A stretch of 64,000 nt of DNA from an uncultured Christensenella sp. (GTDB taxonomy: Bacteria > Bacillota > Clostridia > Christensenellales > DTU072). Below the pieces are notes generated by a model that saw only the letters and a program-made list of their open reading frames with translations, had not been told where the DNA came from and searched no databases. Position numbers and translations under genes: made by a program. Location of the stretch: positions 42,586 through 106,585 of the forward strand of contig CASDZI010000003.1 in the NCBI GenBank assembly GCA_949285605.1, written 5' to 3'. Below, piece after piece: positions 9,080-18,699 of the stretch (positions are counted from its first letter, which is position 1; every line of letters starts with the position of its first letter).

Positions 9080-10355
9080 ATTTCTGTCCAGAGGCATCAG
9101 ACTTCACGATATGAAATATCTGGCTAAGGATATTCCCATAGAAGTTATGCCTGCTCCCGAAATAGTATCGATAAGTATGGGGCAGCATATAGGAAAACCT
9201 GCCGTCCCCGTGATAAAAGAAGGCGACTTCGTCTATCAGGGACAGCTCATTGCACAAGCCGACGGACCGATCAGCGCCAACGTATATTCCTCTGTAAGCG
9301 GTACGGTGGAAGGTTTCGAGAAACGTCCCGTCGCAAACGGCGCCATAAAAGATTATATCCTCATCCGCAACGACGGCAATTATATGTATCGTCCCCTTTC
9401 CCCTCTGCCCGACAGAAACAAAGAAACCATTATAACCCGTATCAGAGAAGCGGGTATCGTAGGTATGGGCGGAGCGGGATTCCCCACCGCCGTGAAACTT
9501 GCTCCGAAACAAACTCCCGACACCTTGGTCATAAACGGAGCCGAATGCGAACCTTATCTTACCTGCGACTACCGTCTTATGGTGGAAAAAACCGACGAGG
9601 TGGCGCAAGGGATACGCTTGATAGCGAAAGCTCTCGGCGTTACGAAAATCGTCGTCGGTATCGAAAAAAACAAGCCCGACTGTATCGAAAAATTTGCTTC
9701 CTACGAGGATTTCGAAATAGTGGTTTTGCGGAAAGCCTACCCCATGGGCTCGGAAAAACATTTGATATACAGTTGCACGGGCAGGAAGGTCCCCGTAGGG
9801 AAACTCCCGTCGGACGTCGGGTGCGTAGTCAACAACATAGCCACTGCTTACGCCGTTTACGAAGCGGTGGAACTCGATAAACCGCTCTTTGAAAGAGTTA
9901 TGACGGTATCGGGTAAAGGGATAGTCCACCCGGCTAATCTGTTGGTAAAAAACGGCACTCGTTTCGACGACATAATCACTCATTGCGGCGGATTACGAGA
10001 CACCGTAGCGATGCTCGTTTCGGGCGGTCCGATGATGGGTCCGTGTATGATAAGTACCGATTTGTACTCCGGAAAGACCGATTCCGGGATCCTTGCTCTC
10101 GATAATTCCGAAACCGACTCCCGCAACCCTTCGCCTTGCATAAACTGCGGCGCCTGCGCCGAAGTCTGCCCTATGCATCTGCTTCCGATGATGATAGACT
10201 TCTACACCCAGGCAAGAGATTATCAAAAAGCCCGAGAGGTCGGCGGAGTGGATAACTGCATCAGCTGCGGCTGTTGTTCCTATGTGTGTCCTGCCCGCAG
10301 AGCCATAGTCCAGAGTATCACTCTCTGCAAACAAAAATTAGCTTCGAAGGGGTAA
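9030..10355 (+). CDS. rnfC: Rnf electron transport complex subunit C
   Basis: SISMGQHIGKPAVPVIKEGDFVYQGQLIA (barrel-sandwich hybrid), GMGGAGFPT (NADH/FMN site) and two CxxCxxCxxxCP ferredoxin motifs near the C-terminus are present. The start is uncertain. In-frame candidates are ATG 9030, ATG 9048 and TTG 9060, and the last has GGAGG 5 nt upstream. Confidence 0.9.
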   Translation: MKKKRLMEVILKIRKGKFLSRGIRLHDMKYLAKDIPIEVMPAPEIVSISMGQHIGKPAVPVIKEGDFVYQGQLIAQADGPISANVYSSVSGTVEGFEKRPVANGAIKDYILIRNDGNYMYRPLSPLPDRNKETIITRIREAGIVGMGGAGFPTAVKLAPKQTPDTLVINGAECEPYLTCDYRLMVEKTDEVAQGIRLIAKALGVTKIVVGIEKNKPDCIEKFASYEDFEIVVLRKAYPMGSEKHLIYSCTGRKVPVGKLPSDVGCVVNNIATAYAVYEAVELDKPLFERVMTVSGKGIVHPANLLVKNGTRFDDIITHCGGLRDTVAMLVSGGPMMGPCMISTDLYSGKTDSGILALDNSETDSRNPSPCINCGACAEVCPMHLLPMMIDFYTQARDYQKAREVGGVDNCISCGCCSYVCPARRAIVQSITLCKQKLASKG

Positions 10356-10357
10356 AT

Positions 10358-11365
10358 ATGAACGTAATTATTTCCGATACTCCCCACGTACGCAAAAGGC
10401 GTACCACCAAAAACATTATGCTGGACGTAATTATCGCCCTTATTCCTGCGGTAATTGCCGGGATAGTCTTTTTCGGTTACAAAGCGGCGGTGGTGCTTTT
10501 AATTAGCGTGGCAAGCGCAGTCGCCACCGAATTTGTCTATTCCCTCTGCCTGAAGAAAAAACCTGCCGATATTTTTAAGAACTTCGATTTTACCTCGGTG
10601 ATAACCGGACTTCTTTTAGGGCTTTCGCTTTCATCGACGGTACCGTGGTACGTTCCGCTTCTGTCGGCGGTATTTGCCGTAGCCGTAGTAAAAATGCTGT
10701 TCGGCGGAACGGGTAAAAATATCGTCAATCCCGCCGTCTGCGGCAGAGTGTTCGCTTTTATCGCCTTTCAGGCGGTGATGATCTCGGGGTGGGCGGACGC
10801 CGTGTTCGGACCCGTGGAAGGTTCGTTAAAAGCCGGAGCCACCGTTTTAACCTCGATTCTTAGCGAAGGGACGTCGACTATAGGACTTACAAATCTCGAC
10901 CTTTTCCTCGGTACGGGACTTCAGGGTTGTATAGGCGAAACCTGTAAGCTCGCCCTTCTCATAGGTTGGATCTATCTCGGAATACGGAAAGTCATCCGCT
11001 GGGAATATCCTCTTATAATCCTGCTTTGCACGGCGTTTACCACGGTTTTTCTAAACAAAGCCGATTTTTCTTATTTCCTGCCCTCTGTCCTGTCGGGCGG
11101 AATTTTCCTCGGGGCGGTGTTCATGGCGACCGACTACGTCACGAGTCCTTCTTCGAGAGTGGCAAAATACGTCTATTACGCCTGCCTCGGCATACTGGTG
11201 GCGGTCTTGCGTCAAGCTACGAAAATAGAGGTGGTGAGTTTCGTTATCCTGCTTATGAACCTGACCGTTCCCATCTTCAACCGTATCTTCCGCCCCGTAA
11301 TATTCGGAGCGCCTTCTCTTAAAGAAAAGCTGAAAGCCCGTGCGGCTGAAAAGGAGGCAAAATGA
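10358..11365 (+). CDS. rnfD: Rnf complex subunit D (NqrB-like, flavinylated membrane subunit)
   Basis: This is a polytopic membrane protein with the MNVIISDTPHVR N-terminus and an FMATDYVTSP region (flavinylation-site context) typical of RnfD. The ATG at 10358 follows the rnfC stop, so the 10274 ORF-track start is an upstream extension overlapping rnfC. Confidence 0.9.
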   Translation: MNVIISDTPHVRKRRTTKNIMLDVIIALIPAVIAGIVFFGYKAAVVLLISVASAVATEFVYSLCLKKKPADIFKNFDFTSVITGLLLGLSLSSTVPWYVPLLSAVFAVAVVKMLFGGTGKNIVNPAVCGRVFAFIAFQAVMISGWADAVFGPVEGSLKAGATVLTSILSEGTSTIGLTNLDLFLGTGLQGCIGETCKLALLIGWIYLGIRKVIRWEYPLIILLCTAFTTVFLNKADFSYFLPSVLSGGIFLGAVFMATDYVTSPSSRVAKYVYYACLGILVAVLRQATKIEVVSFVILLMNLTVPIFNRIFRPVIFGAPSLKEKLKARAAEKEAK

Positions 11366-11946
11366 CGGTCAAACAATTTCTCAAAAGCAAAACTTTCGCC
11401 GCTTTGATCGTTCTGGTCTGCATAGCTTTGGTTTCGGGAGGACTCCTTGCCATCCTCAACGACCTCCTCGCAATCAGCGAAGAGGATCGTATCCTCGCAG
11501 CCATAGAGGGTATCTACGGGCAGGAAACTTCCTATACCGAAATTTTTCTTCCCGACGACCTCAAGGAAAACAAATACGGCTCGGTACAGAACGTTTATTT
11601 ACTGGAAGACGGGAATTATCTCATAAAAAGTACGGGAATAAACGGTTACAAGAACGGTACGGTGACGCTTTGGCTGGTAGCCGAATACGCCGACGGAGAT
11701 TTTCTCGGACTCGGGAAAATAGCCGTCGCAGAAAATACGAAACAGACTTTAATGGGCGATTTCAAGGCGTCGTTTTTTGAAATTTACGCGTCCAGCAACG
11801 TCCTCAACGACAACTACTTTTCGGTGGAAAGTTCCTCCGATACGATAACTAATGTAAAAAGCGGAGCGACGAAAACTTCCGTCGCCGTCAACAACGCCGT
11901 GAATGCGGCTCTCTATATGATAAGAAATAACGGAGGGGTGCTGTGA
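11362..11946 (+). CDS. rnfG: Rnf complex subunit G (FMN-binding)
   Basis: It has an N-terminal TM followed by an FMN_bind-type domain ending in SGATKTSVAVNNAV (S/T flavinylation motif). An ATGA overlap joins it to rnfD. Confidence 0.85.
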   Translation: MTVKQFLKSKTFAALIVLVCIALVSGGLLAILNDLLAISEEDRILAAIEGIYGQETSYTEIFLPDDLKENKYGSVQNVYLLEDGNYLIKSTGINGYKNGTVTLWLVAEYADGDFLGLGKIAVAENTKQTLMGDFKASFFEIYASSNVLNDNYFSVESSSDTITNVKSGATKTSVAVNNAVNAALYMIRNNGGVL

Positions 11947-12608
11947 ACACGCAAAAATTTCGCAAAATAGCTTCCGACGGACTTTTGACCAACAACCCGA
12001 CTTTCCGTCTGGTACTCGGGACCTGCCCCACTCTCGCTCTCACCACCTCGGCTTTCAACGGAGTGGGTATGGGACTTGCGGTAACCTTTATCCTCATTTG
12101 TTCCAACGTCCTCATCTCCCTTCTTCGGAAGGTTATCCCCAACTCGGTGCGTATCCCCGCTTTCGTGCTTATTATCGCAACTTTCGTGACAATAGTCCGT
12201 ATGGTAATGGAAAAATTCATACCGTCGCTTTACGACTCCCTGGGCGTGTTCCTGCCGCTCATAGTGGTAAATTGTATAATATTAGGCAGAGCGGAAAGTT
12301 TCGCTTCCAAAAACGACGTTTTAAGTTCCGCCCTCGACGGATTGTTCACGGGACTCGGGTTTACCGTCGCCCTGACTTTGATGGGTACCGTCCGAGAAAT
12401 ACTCGGTTCGGGAAGTTTCTTCGGGCTTGCCCTCTGGGACTTTAGGATAGCTTTCTTCACTTCGCAGGCGGGAGCGTTTTTCGTTTACGGCATATTCATA
12501 GCTTTGTTCAACGCCGTTTATTCCTATTTCGAAAGAAAACAACACCGCAAAACGTTCCTTGCGGAATTCGACGTTCTTCCCGCGTCCGAAAAGGTAAAGG
12601 AGGGTTGA
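11943..12608 (+). CDS. rnfE: Rnf complex subunit E
   Basis: This is an NqrD/RnfE-type membrane protein (NNPTFRLVLGTCPTLALTTSA...). It has a GTG start in a GTGA overlap with rnfG. Confidence 0.9.
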   Translation: MNTQKFRKIASDGLLTNNPTFRLVLGTCPTLALTTSAFNGVGMGLAVTFILICSNVLISLLRKVIPNSVRIPAFVLIIATFVTIVRMVMEKFIPSLYDSLGVFLPLIVVNCIILGRAESFASKNDVLSSALDGLFTGLGFTVALTLMGTVREILGSGSFFGLALWDFRIAFFTSQAGAFFVYGIFIALFNAVYSYFERKQHRKTFLAEFDVLPASEKVKEG

Positions 12609-12609
12609 T

Positions 12610-13215
12610 ATGGGCACCTTTATGATGATAGTCATTTCCGCAGTATTCGTAAGCAATTTCGTCGTGGTGCAATTTTTGGGTATCTGTCCTTTCCTCGGCG
12701 TTTCCAAAACCGCTTCGGGCGCCCTCGGTATGGGCGTTGCCGTCACCCTCGTAATGACCGTCACCTGTCTGATAACCTACCCTATCTACGTCTATATCCT
12801 GACTCCGCTGGAACTGGAGTATATGGAAATTATCGTATTTATTTTCGTGATCGCCGCATTGGTGCAGATGATAGAAAAAGTTATCAAGAAGTTTTCTCCC
12901 CCTCTCTACAACGCTATGGGGATTTATCTTCCGCTCATTACCACCAACTGCGCGGTCTTGGGCGTTGCCGAAACCGTCATCGACACCTCCCTTATGATGG
13001 ATCAGCTCGGTGTAACTTCGGTCAATCTCGGTACGGCGGTTTTATACGGATTTTTCGCAGGAGTGGGCTTTACGGTAGCGATAGTTTTACTCAGCGGACT
13101 ACGGGAAAAAGTGGATTTTCTGGACACGCCGAAATCTCTTAAGGGTTTCCCGGTAACGATGGTCACCGCCTGTTTTATGGCGATGGGATTCTATGTATTC
13201 AATCTTATAGGATAG
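12610..13215 (+). CDS. rnfA: Rnf complex subunit A
   Basis: This is an NqrE/RnfA-type membrane protein (NFVVVQFLGICPFLGVS...LPLITTNCAVLG). Confidence 0.9.
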   Translation: MGTFMMIVISAVFVSNFVVVQFLGICPFLGVSKTASGALGMGVAVTLVMTVTCLITYPIYVYILTPLELEYMEIIVFIFVIAALVQMIEKVIKKFSPPLYNAMGIYLPLITTNCAVLGVAETVIDTSLMMDQLGVTSVNLGTAVLYGFFAGVGFTVAIVLLSGLREKVDFLDTPKSLKGFPVTMVTACFMAMGFYVFNLIG

Positions 13216-13224
13216 GAGGACGGA

Positions 13225-14130
13225 ATGCTTACTCTGATAAACGCCGTACAATGGAATAAAGTCGGACTGGTCCTCGGAATAATAGCAGGTATAGCGATTT
13301 TGCTCGGTATAGCCATACTTATTGTCACGAAACTTTGTCACATAAACGAAGACGAAAAGGTGCTTAATATCCTTTCCAATCTCGCAGGAGCCAACTGCGG
13401 CGGTTGCGGACACAGCGGTTGCGAAGGTTTCGCCAAAGCCCTCGCCGAAGGGAAAGCCAAGCTCTCCGACTGCAAAGTCACTTCCGACGACGCTAAGAAA
13501 ATAATTTGCCAAATCAACGGAACGCCCTTCGAAGCGGAGGAAAAAACCGTCGCCGTGGTGCGTTGCAACGGCGGAAACCGTGCCCTCGACAAATACTCTT
13601 ACGTCGGGAACGAAGGGTGTCTTAACCGTATGGTCTATCACGGCGGACAGAAAATTTGTCAGACAAGCTGTATAGGCGGCGGAACCTGCGAAAAACGCCC
13701 CCGGACCAATGAGTACAACGGCGCCAAATCGTGCGCCGTGGTCGCGTCGCTCTACGCCGGTGAGACCGGTTGCGCGTTCGGATGCCTCGGGCTGGGGGAT
13801 TGCGTCGCAGCCTGCGCTTTCGACGCCATCCGCATGAATCCCGAAACGGGCCTCCCGGAGGTCGATCCATTCGTGGCGTGCTCCTCTCATTGTCGGGGAA
13901 AACAAGTGACTTCGTTCTGTTCGGCAGGGTGCATAGGGTGCGGTCTTTGCTCCAGAGTCTGTCCCGAAAAAGCCATAACCATGGATAACTTCCTGCCCAA
14001 AATCGATTACAAAAAATGCTCGGGTTGCTTCACCTGCGTATCCCGTTGTCCTCAGAAAGTCATAAGAGTTCACACGGTAAAAAAATCCGTTTCGGAAAAG
14101 GAACCGACTTCCGAAAAAGCCGCCGTCTGA
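13225..14130 (+). CDS. rnfB: Rnf complex subunit B (Fe-S)
   Basis: It has an N-terminal TM, a CGGCGHSGCEGFA Fe-S motif and several further Cys clusters, including CIGCGLCSRVCP and CSGCFTCVSRCP. Confidence 0.85.
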   Translation: MLTLINAVQWNKVGLVLGIIAGIAILLGIAILIVTKLCHINEDEKVLNILSNLAGANCGGCGHSGCEGFAKALAEGKAKLSDCKVTSDDAKKIICQINGTPFEAEEKTVAVVRCNGGNRALDKYSYVGNEGCLNRMVYHGGQKICQTSCIGGGTCEKRPRTNEYNGAKSCAVVASLYAGETGCAFGCLGLGDCVAACAFDAIRMNPETGLPEVDPFVACSSHCRGKQVTSFCSAGCIGCGLCSRVCPEKAITMDNFLPKIDYKKCSGCFTCVSRCPQKVIRVHTVKKSVSEKEPTSEKAAV

Positions 14131-14162
14131 AAAATTTTTATCAAAAAAAGTTAATAAAAATT

Positions 14163-14196
14163 AAAGTCCGACGAAAAACCGTCGGATTTATTTTTA
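14163..14196 (+). terminator. Intrinsic terminator after rnfB
   Basis: TCCGACG-AAAAAC-CGTCGGA (14167..14186) is followed by TTTATTTTT. Confidence 0.75.
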
Positions 14197-14646
14197 CCCG
14201 CTCACGGGTCTGTTTACTCCGTCGGTACACTCCACCCTCAGCAAATGCGGCAAACAGATTATTGAATCGGACTTCTTCGAGATTTTCATATACCTACAGT
14301 CTCCTCCCTCGCAATCGGAGCTCTCCACCGTAACGGTCCTTTCCCCGACGTTCACTTCGAAGATGTTTGTTCCCTTTTCCGTGGTAACCGTAACCCGATA
14401 ACCGTAATTCGTTTTTTCCGAAGTGACGACCTCGGAATAAATTATCCCTTCCTCGCCTATAGTCATCGTGAATATCACTTCGTCGGCATATATTATTCTT
14501 ATGTTTTCGGGCGCGTCTTTGTCCTCGGAAAGAAACACCGCTAAAAAAACCGCCGCGATCGCAACCGCCACGAGGATATAAATTATTAAATCTTTTTTTC
14601 GGAAAAACTTATTCTGTTTTTCTTCGCTGATTTTTTTAAGGCTCAT
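14194..14646 (-). CDS. NusG domain II-containing membrane-anchored protein
   Basis: This 150-aa protein has one N-terminal TM and a beta-rich domain with Cys pairs (ESSDCEGGDC...IICLPH). It has an ATGA overlap with apbE, in the neighbourhood typical for this family. Confidence 0.55.
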   Translation of the reverse strand: MSLKKISEEKQNKFFRKKDLIIYILVAVAIAAVFLAVFLSEDKDAPENIRIIYADEVIFTMTIGEEGIIYSEVVTSEKTNYGYRVTVTTEKGTNIFEVNVGERTVTVESSDCEGGDCRYMKISKKSDSIICLPHLLRVECTDGVNRPVSG

Positions 14647-15752
14647 TTTTCCGTTATATCGGAAGCCGTAATGACCGCCCCGACTCCGTTGTAAACTTGT
14701 AAAACATCCTTACCCGTTACGAAAATCGCTTGCAGTTCGGGGTGATTTTTCAAAAATTCCGAAGTTTTTTCCTCACCCATTACGCAGAACGCCGTAGAAT
14801 AAGCGTCGCCTGAAGCCGGGGCTTCGCACACCACAGTCACGCAACGCATATCGTTGTCGAAGGGTTTTCCGCTTTTACCGTCTATTATATGGGAATAGGT
14901 TTTGCCTTCGTAAAGGAAATTGTTTTCGTAATCGCCGCTTGTGGAAACCGAAACGGAATTTTTTTCCAGACGAGCGTAAATATCCTGTCTTGTCGGATGA
15001 ACGAGATCGACGTACCAGTTGTCCCCGTTTCCGTAGTCGTCGGAAAAATTCTTTAACAAAACCAGACTGCTGCTGCCTGCCGAAACGTAGCCGTAAACGT
15101 AACCGGCTTCCTTCATAACCTCGGCGGCGAGCCCTGCCGCATATCCCTTTCCTATCCCCGAAAAATCCAGTTCGGCGGTATAAGTTTTGCCTTCTATCGT
15201 AACCGACGCAAGCGGTTTGGTCACATAGTATTTCCCTTCCGCTTCGGTAAATTTTACCTCGGAAAAATCGGTTAGAAGTAACAGTTTATCGATATATTCC
15301 TGCGAAGGAAGTTCGCCGTCTTTTCTTGCAAACGGCATATCCGAGGGCAAAAATCCCCAAAGTTTTACCAAAGGCGCAACGGCGGGATTGAACGCTCCGT
15401 CGGTTTGGTCGTAAATTTTTGCAGACAGTTTCAAAAGATTATAGAAATGAACGTCTGTTTCCATAGTCTCGCCCGCTTCGAGTGCGTTGAAGTCGGCTAA
15501 AAGGGAATTTTCTCTTCCCACCGAGGCTTCCACTTCGGCAAATACCGCTTTGACCTCCTGCCAGGTCTTATCCGCTTTTTCCTCGTCTTCCTTGCGGACC
15601 GAACCGTCGTATATCACCATAACCGTCTGCGTGCCGAAATAAGCGGTGGTGGTATATTGTTTTCCCTTTTTTCCGCTGCAGGAAACCAACGCTCCCAAAC
15701 AAAGCGTGGCGGAAAGCAATATCGTCGCCAAAATAACGAGGAATTTTTTCAT
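14643..15752 (-). CDS. apbE: FAD:protein FMN transferase (ApbE family lipoprotein)
   Basis: MKKFLVILATILLSATLCLGALVSCSG is a lipoprotein signal with a lipobox. ApbE-type motifs GAFNPAV, DFSGIGKGYA and VSTSGDYE are present. The start is set at ATG 15752, so the ORF-track start at 15971 is an upstream extension that overlaps the ATPase gene. Confidence 0.85.
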   Translation of the reverse strand: MKKFLVILATILLSATLCLGALVSCSGKKGKQYTTTAYFGTQTVMVIYDGSVRKEDEEKADKTWQEVKAVFAEVEASVGRENSLLADFNALEAGETMETDVHFYNLLKLSAKIYDQTDGAFNPAVAPLVKLWGFLPSDMPFARKDGELPSQEYIDKLLLLTDFSEVKFTEAEGKYYVTKPLASVTIEGKTYTAELDFSGIGKGYAAGLAAEVMKEAGYVYGYVSAGSSSLVLLKNFSDDYGNGDNWYVDLVHPTRQDIYARLEKNSVSVSTSGDYENNFLYEGKTYSHIIDGKSGKPFDNDMRCVTVVCEAPASGDAYSTAFCVMGEEKTSEFLKNHPELQAIFVTGKDVLQVYNGVGAVITASDITEK

Positions 15753-15821
15753 AATATTAACTATACCACTTCGAAAAAGCTTTTTCAATAACGAAATTTC
15801 GGATTTTGAATAAAAGCGGCA

Positions 15822-15850
15822 TAAAAAAACCGCCCCGAAAAGGGACGGTT
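15822..15850 (-). terminator. Intrinsic terminator after the P-type ATPase gene
   Basis: The minus strand reads CCGTCCC-TTTTC-GGGGCGG followed by TTTTTTTAT. Confidence 0.7.
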
Positions 15851-15874
15851 CGGTACAGATTAAGCAAGTTGCCG

Positions 15875-18526
15875 TCAAGCCGATCTCTTGGCGTAGAATT
15901 TCCTCACGAAAACTTTGGCTAATTCCACCAAAGGAATGATGGCGAACGCCGCAAGTACGGAAACCAACCACTGTTGCCAGTTGAGGTGTACCACGCTGAA
16001 CACGTCGTTTACGCCCGGCACCAAAGCTACCAGTAACGTCAGCAACAGTCCTATCCCGAAAGCTATCAACATAAAGCGGTTCTTGAACAGATCCTTATGG
16101 AATACCGTCCCGTTGAGGCTCTTTGCGTTGAAGCAATGGAAAAGCTGAATAAGACAAAGGGTTATGAACGCCATCGAGGACGCCACTTCGTGTCCCCACG
16201 GACCGTAATGGGCTCCGAAGAACACGGAAAGGATTATTACCGTCTGCAAAACGCCCTGATAAACTATATTGAGTCCCAGATGTCCGGCAAACAGGTTATC
16301 GCCGGATTTTCTCGGGGGATTGTTCATAATGTCGTCGCTGCCCTCTTCCATTCCCAACGCTAAAGCGGGCAGACTGTCGGTAACCAGGTTGACCCACAAT
16401 ATCTGTATCGGTAACAGGAACGCCACGCTCTCTCCCGTTATCGAGAAAACTATGGTTGCTATAAACAGGCTCAACACTTCGCAGATGTTCGCACTCAACA
16501 AAAATTGAATGGTTTTCTGCATATTGTCGAATATTTTTCTGCCTTCCCTGACTGCGGAAACGATGGTGGCGAAGTTGTCGTCGGCAAGCACCATATCCGC
16601 CGCCCCCTTGGTAACGTCCGTTCCCGTTATACCCATACCGACTCCGATGTCGGCTGCCTTTATGCTCGGAGCGTCGTTGACTCCGTCGCCCGTCATAGCC
16701 ACGGTCTTTCCTTTGGACTTCCACGCCTTGACTATACGGACTTTGTGTTCGGGGCTTACCCTTGCGTAAACGTGATACCTTTCCACTTCGGAGGCAAGAC
16801 GTTCGTCGTCCATTTTGGAAAGTTCGGCTCCCGTTATGACTTCCTCGTCGGACTTGCAGATATCGAGCTCCCTGGCTATGGCGTAAGCGGTGTCCCTGTG
16901 GTCGCCCGTTATCATAATAGGCACTATACCCGCCTTGCGGCAAACCGCCACCGCGTCTTTAACTTCCTCTCTCGGCGGATCTATCATTCCGCTCAACCCG
17001 AGGAAAGTAAGTCCCTGTTCGTATTCCGTCCCGTCGTCTGCTTTGAATGCGTAAGCCAGCACTCTCAATGCGTCGGACGCAAAAACGGAATTTTGCTTCG
17101 CTATATTTTCTTTATCTTCCGCATTCAACGCCCGTACCTTGCCGTTTTCGTAAACGGACGTGCATTTTTCGATGAGCATATCGGGCGCTCCCTTGGTATA
17201 AACCACCCGTCCTGAAGACGTTTCGTTGACGGTGGTCATAAGTTTGCGGTCGCTGTCGAAGGGTACTTCGTCCACACGGGGATTTTCTTTAACAAGGAGT
17301 TTTGCGTCGCCTTGCAGATTGTAATACGCCACGAGAGCGGTTTCCGTCGGATCTCCCATAAGGACGGTTTCCCCTTTTTCGTCGGTCTTTACCACCGTAT
17401 CGTTACAAAGAGTCATACATTTGAGAAGTTCGCTTTCCCCTTCCTTCCCGTAAGAAAATATCTTTTTGACCGTCATACGGTTAAGAGTGAGAGTCCCCGT
17501 CTTGTCCGAACAGATTATTTCCGTGGACCCCAACGTCTCCACCGCCGGTAACTTCTTGATGATGGCGTTGCGTTTACTCATTCTCTGTACGCCGATTGCC
17601 ATAATAATGGTAATGACCGCCGTCAACCCTTCGGGAATCGCCGCCACCGCTATGGCTACCGCCGTCATGAATGCGTCGATAACGGTATCCACCGTGACCC
17701 CTATGTGGATCGTGCTCAACACGCTTACCACGAAAATAACGGCGGCTATGGCTATGACGGCTATGGAAATGAATTTACCGGTCTTGTTGAGTTTTTTCTG
17801 AATGGGCGTCAGTTCGTCTCCGCTTTCGGCAAGCATATCGGCTATTTTACCCATTTCGGTATTCATACCCGTGCCTACCACTATGCCTTCGCCTCTGCCG
17901 TAGGTAACCACCGACGTGGAAAAAGCCATATTGTGACGGTCGCCTATCCCTGCGTCGGGAGCGCAAACGAATGTCGCTTCCTTTTCGCTCGGGACCGACT
18001 CGCCCGTCAAAGCCGATTCCTCTATCTTCAGCGAACGGCTTTCGGTAAGTCTTAAGTCTGCAGGCACCACGTCGCCGGCTTCCAATATAACTATGTCCCC
18101 CGGAACGAGTTTCGCGCTTTCGACTTTGAGTATCTCTCCCCCTCTGCGGACTTTCGCAAAGGGCTTGGACATATTCTTCAACGCTTCCAGCGCCTGTTCG
18201 GCTTTACTTTCCTGAACCACGCCGATTACCGCGTTTATTATGACGATGGCAAGGATAATCCCTACGTCTATGAATTCGTCGTAACTTTTCTCCACTATGG
18301 CGATAATCGCCGTAACCGCCGCCGCACAGAGAAGCACTATTACCATAACGTCCTTGAACTGTTCGAAAAATCTCACGAACAGGCTCTTTTTCTTTTCGCC
18401 TTTAAGTTCGTTGGGTCCGTATTCGGCCAGCCTTTTTTCGGCTTCGTCGGCGTTCAACCCCGCAGAAGACGTGGCGGATGCGGAATAAGCCTCGTCCACA
18501 GTGGACGCAAACCAGTTCTTTTCCAT
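15875..18526 (-). CDS. Cation-transporting P-type ATPase (P2-type, Ca2+/Mn2+ family)
   Basis: CSDKTGTLT phosphorylation motif, TGES actuator motif, MITGDH, TGDGVNDAP hinge and 10 predicted TM segments with PEGL in TM4. The product is 883 aa. Confidence 0.9.
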   Translation of the reverse strand: MEKNWFASTVDEAYSASATSSAGLNADEAEKRLAEYGPNELKGEKKKSLFVRFFEQFKDVMVIVLLCAAAVTAIIAIVEKSYDEFIDVGIILAIVIINAVIGVVQESKAEQALEALKNMSKPFAKVRRGGEILKVESAKLVPGDIVILEAGDVVPADLRLTESRSLKIEESALTGESVPSEKEATFVCAPDAGIGDRHNMAFSTSVVTYGRGEGIVVGTGMNTEMGKIADMLAESGDELTPIQKKLNKTGKFISIAVIAIAAVIFVVSVLSTIHIGVTVDTVIDAFMTAVAIAVAAIPEGLTAVITIIMAIGVQRMSKRNAIIKKLPAVETLGSTEIICSDKTGTLTLNRMTVKKIFSYGKEGESELLKCMTLCNDTVVKTDEKGETVLMGDPTETALVAYYNLQGDAKLLVKENPRVDEVPFDSDRKLMTTVNETSSGRVVYTKGAPDMLIEKCTSVYENGKVRALNAEDKENIAKQNSVFASDALRVLAYAFKADDGTEYEQGLTFLGLSGMIDPPREEVKDAVAVCRKAGIVPIMITGDHRDTAYAIARELDICKSDEEVITGAELSKMDDERLASEVERYHVYARVSPEHKVRIVKAWKSKGKTVAMTGDGVNDAPSIKAADIGVGMGITGTDVTKGAADMVLADDNFATIVSAVREGRKIFDNMQKTIQFLLSANICEVLSLFIATIVFSITGESVAFLLPIQILWVNLVTDSLPALALGMEEGSDDIMNNPPRKSGDNLFAGHLGLNIVYQGVLQTVIILSVFFGAHYGPWGHEVASSMAFITLCLIQLFHCFNAKSLNGTVFHKDLFKNRFMLIAFGIGLLLTLLVALVPGVNDVFSVVHLNWQQWLVSVLAAFAIIPLVELAKVFVRKFYAKRSA

Positions 18527-18559
18527 TTGCAGAACCTCCGATAAAATTGTTCTTTATAT

Positions 18560-18692
18560 AATAAAGACCCAATGCACCGAAAAAATGCATTGAGTCTTGT
18601 TAATTACGATAAGCCAGATTACTATGCGGTAACCAGTGATGTTGACTTATCACATTTCCTTATACCAAGGAAACGGAAACTACTCCCTCAAT
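18560..18692 (-). promoter_or_regulatory. Candidate yybP-ykoY (Mn2+) riboswitch in the ATPase 5' leader
   Basis: The minus strand reads UUGAG-GGAGUAG-...-UUUCCUU/GGUAU/AAGGAAA hairpin-...-GAUAAG UCAACAUCA...CUUAUC helix-...-AACAAGAC-UCAA. The 5' GGAGUAG and 3' CAAGAC elements flank a closing P1 helix (UUGAG pairs with CUCAA). The internal xCAACAU loop matches my recollection of the family consensus. A hairpin CAAUGCA-N9-UGCAUUG shares the P1 3' strand, as in an antiterminator-type ON switch. Confidence 0.6.
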
Positions 18693-18699
18693 ATCAAAG

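Noticed and set aside
15753-15971. The N-terminal 73-aa extension of the ApbE ORF, which would overlap the ATPase gene's 3' end and terminator.
   Set aside because: The internal Met at 15752 starts a textbook lipoprotein signal (MKKFLV...LVSCSG). The extension runs through the ATPase terminator hairpin.
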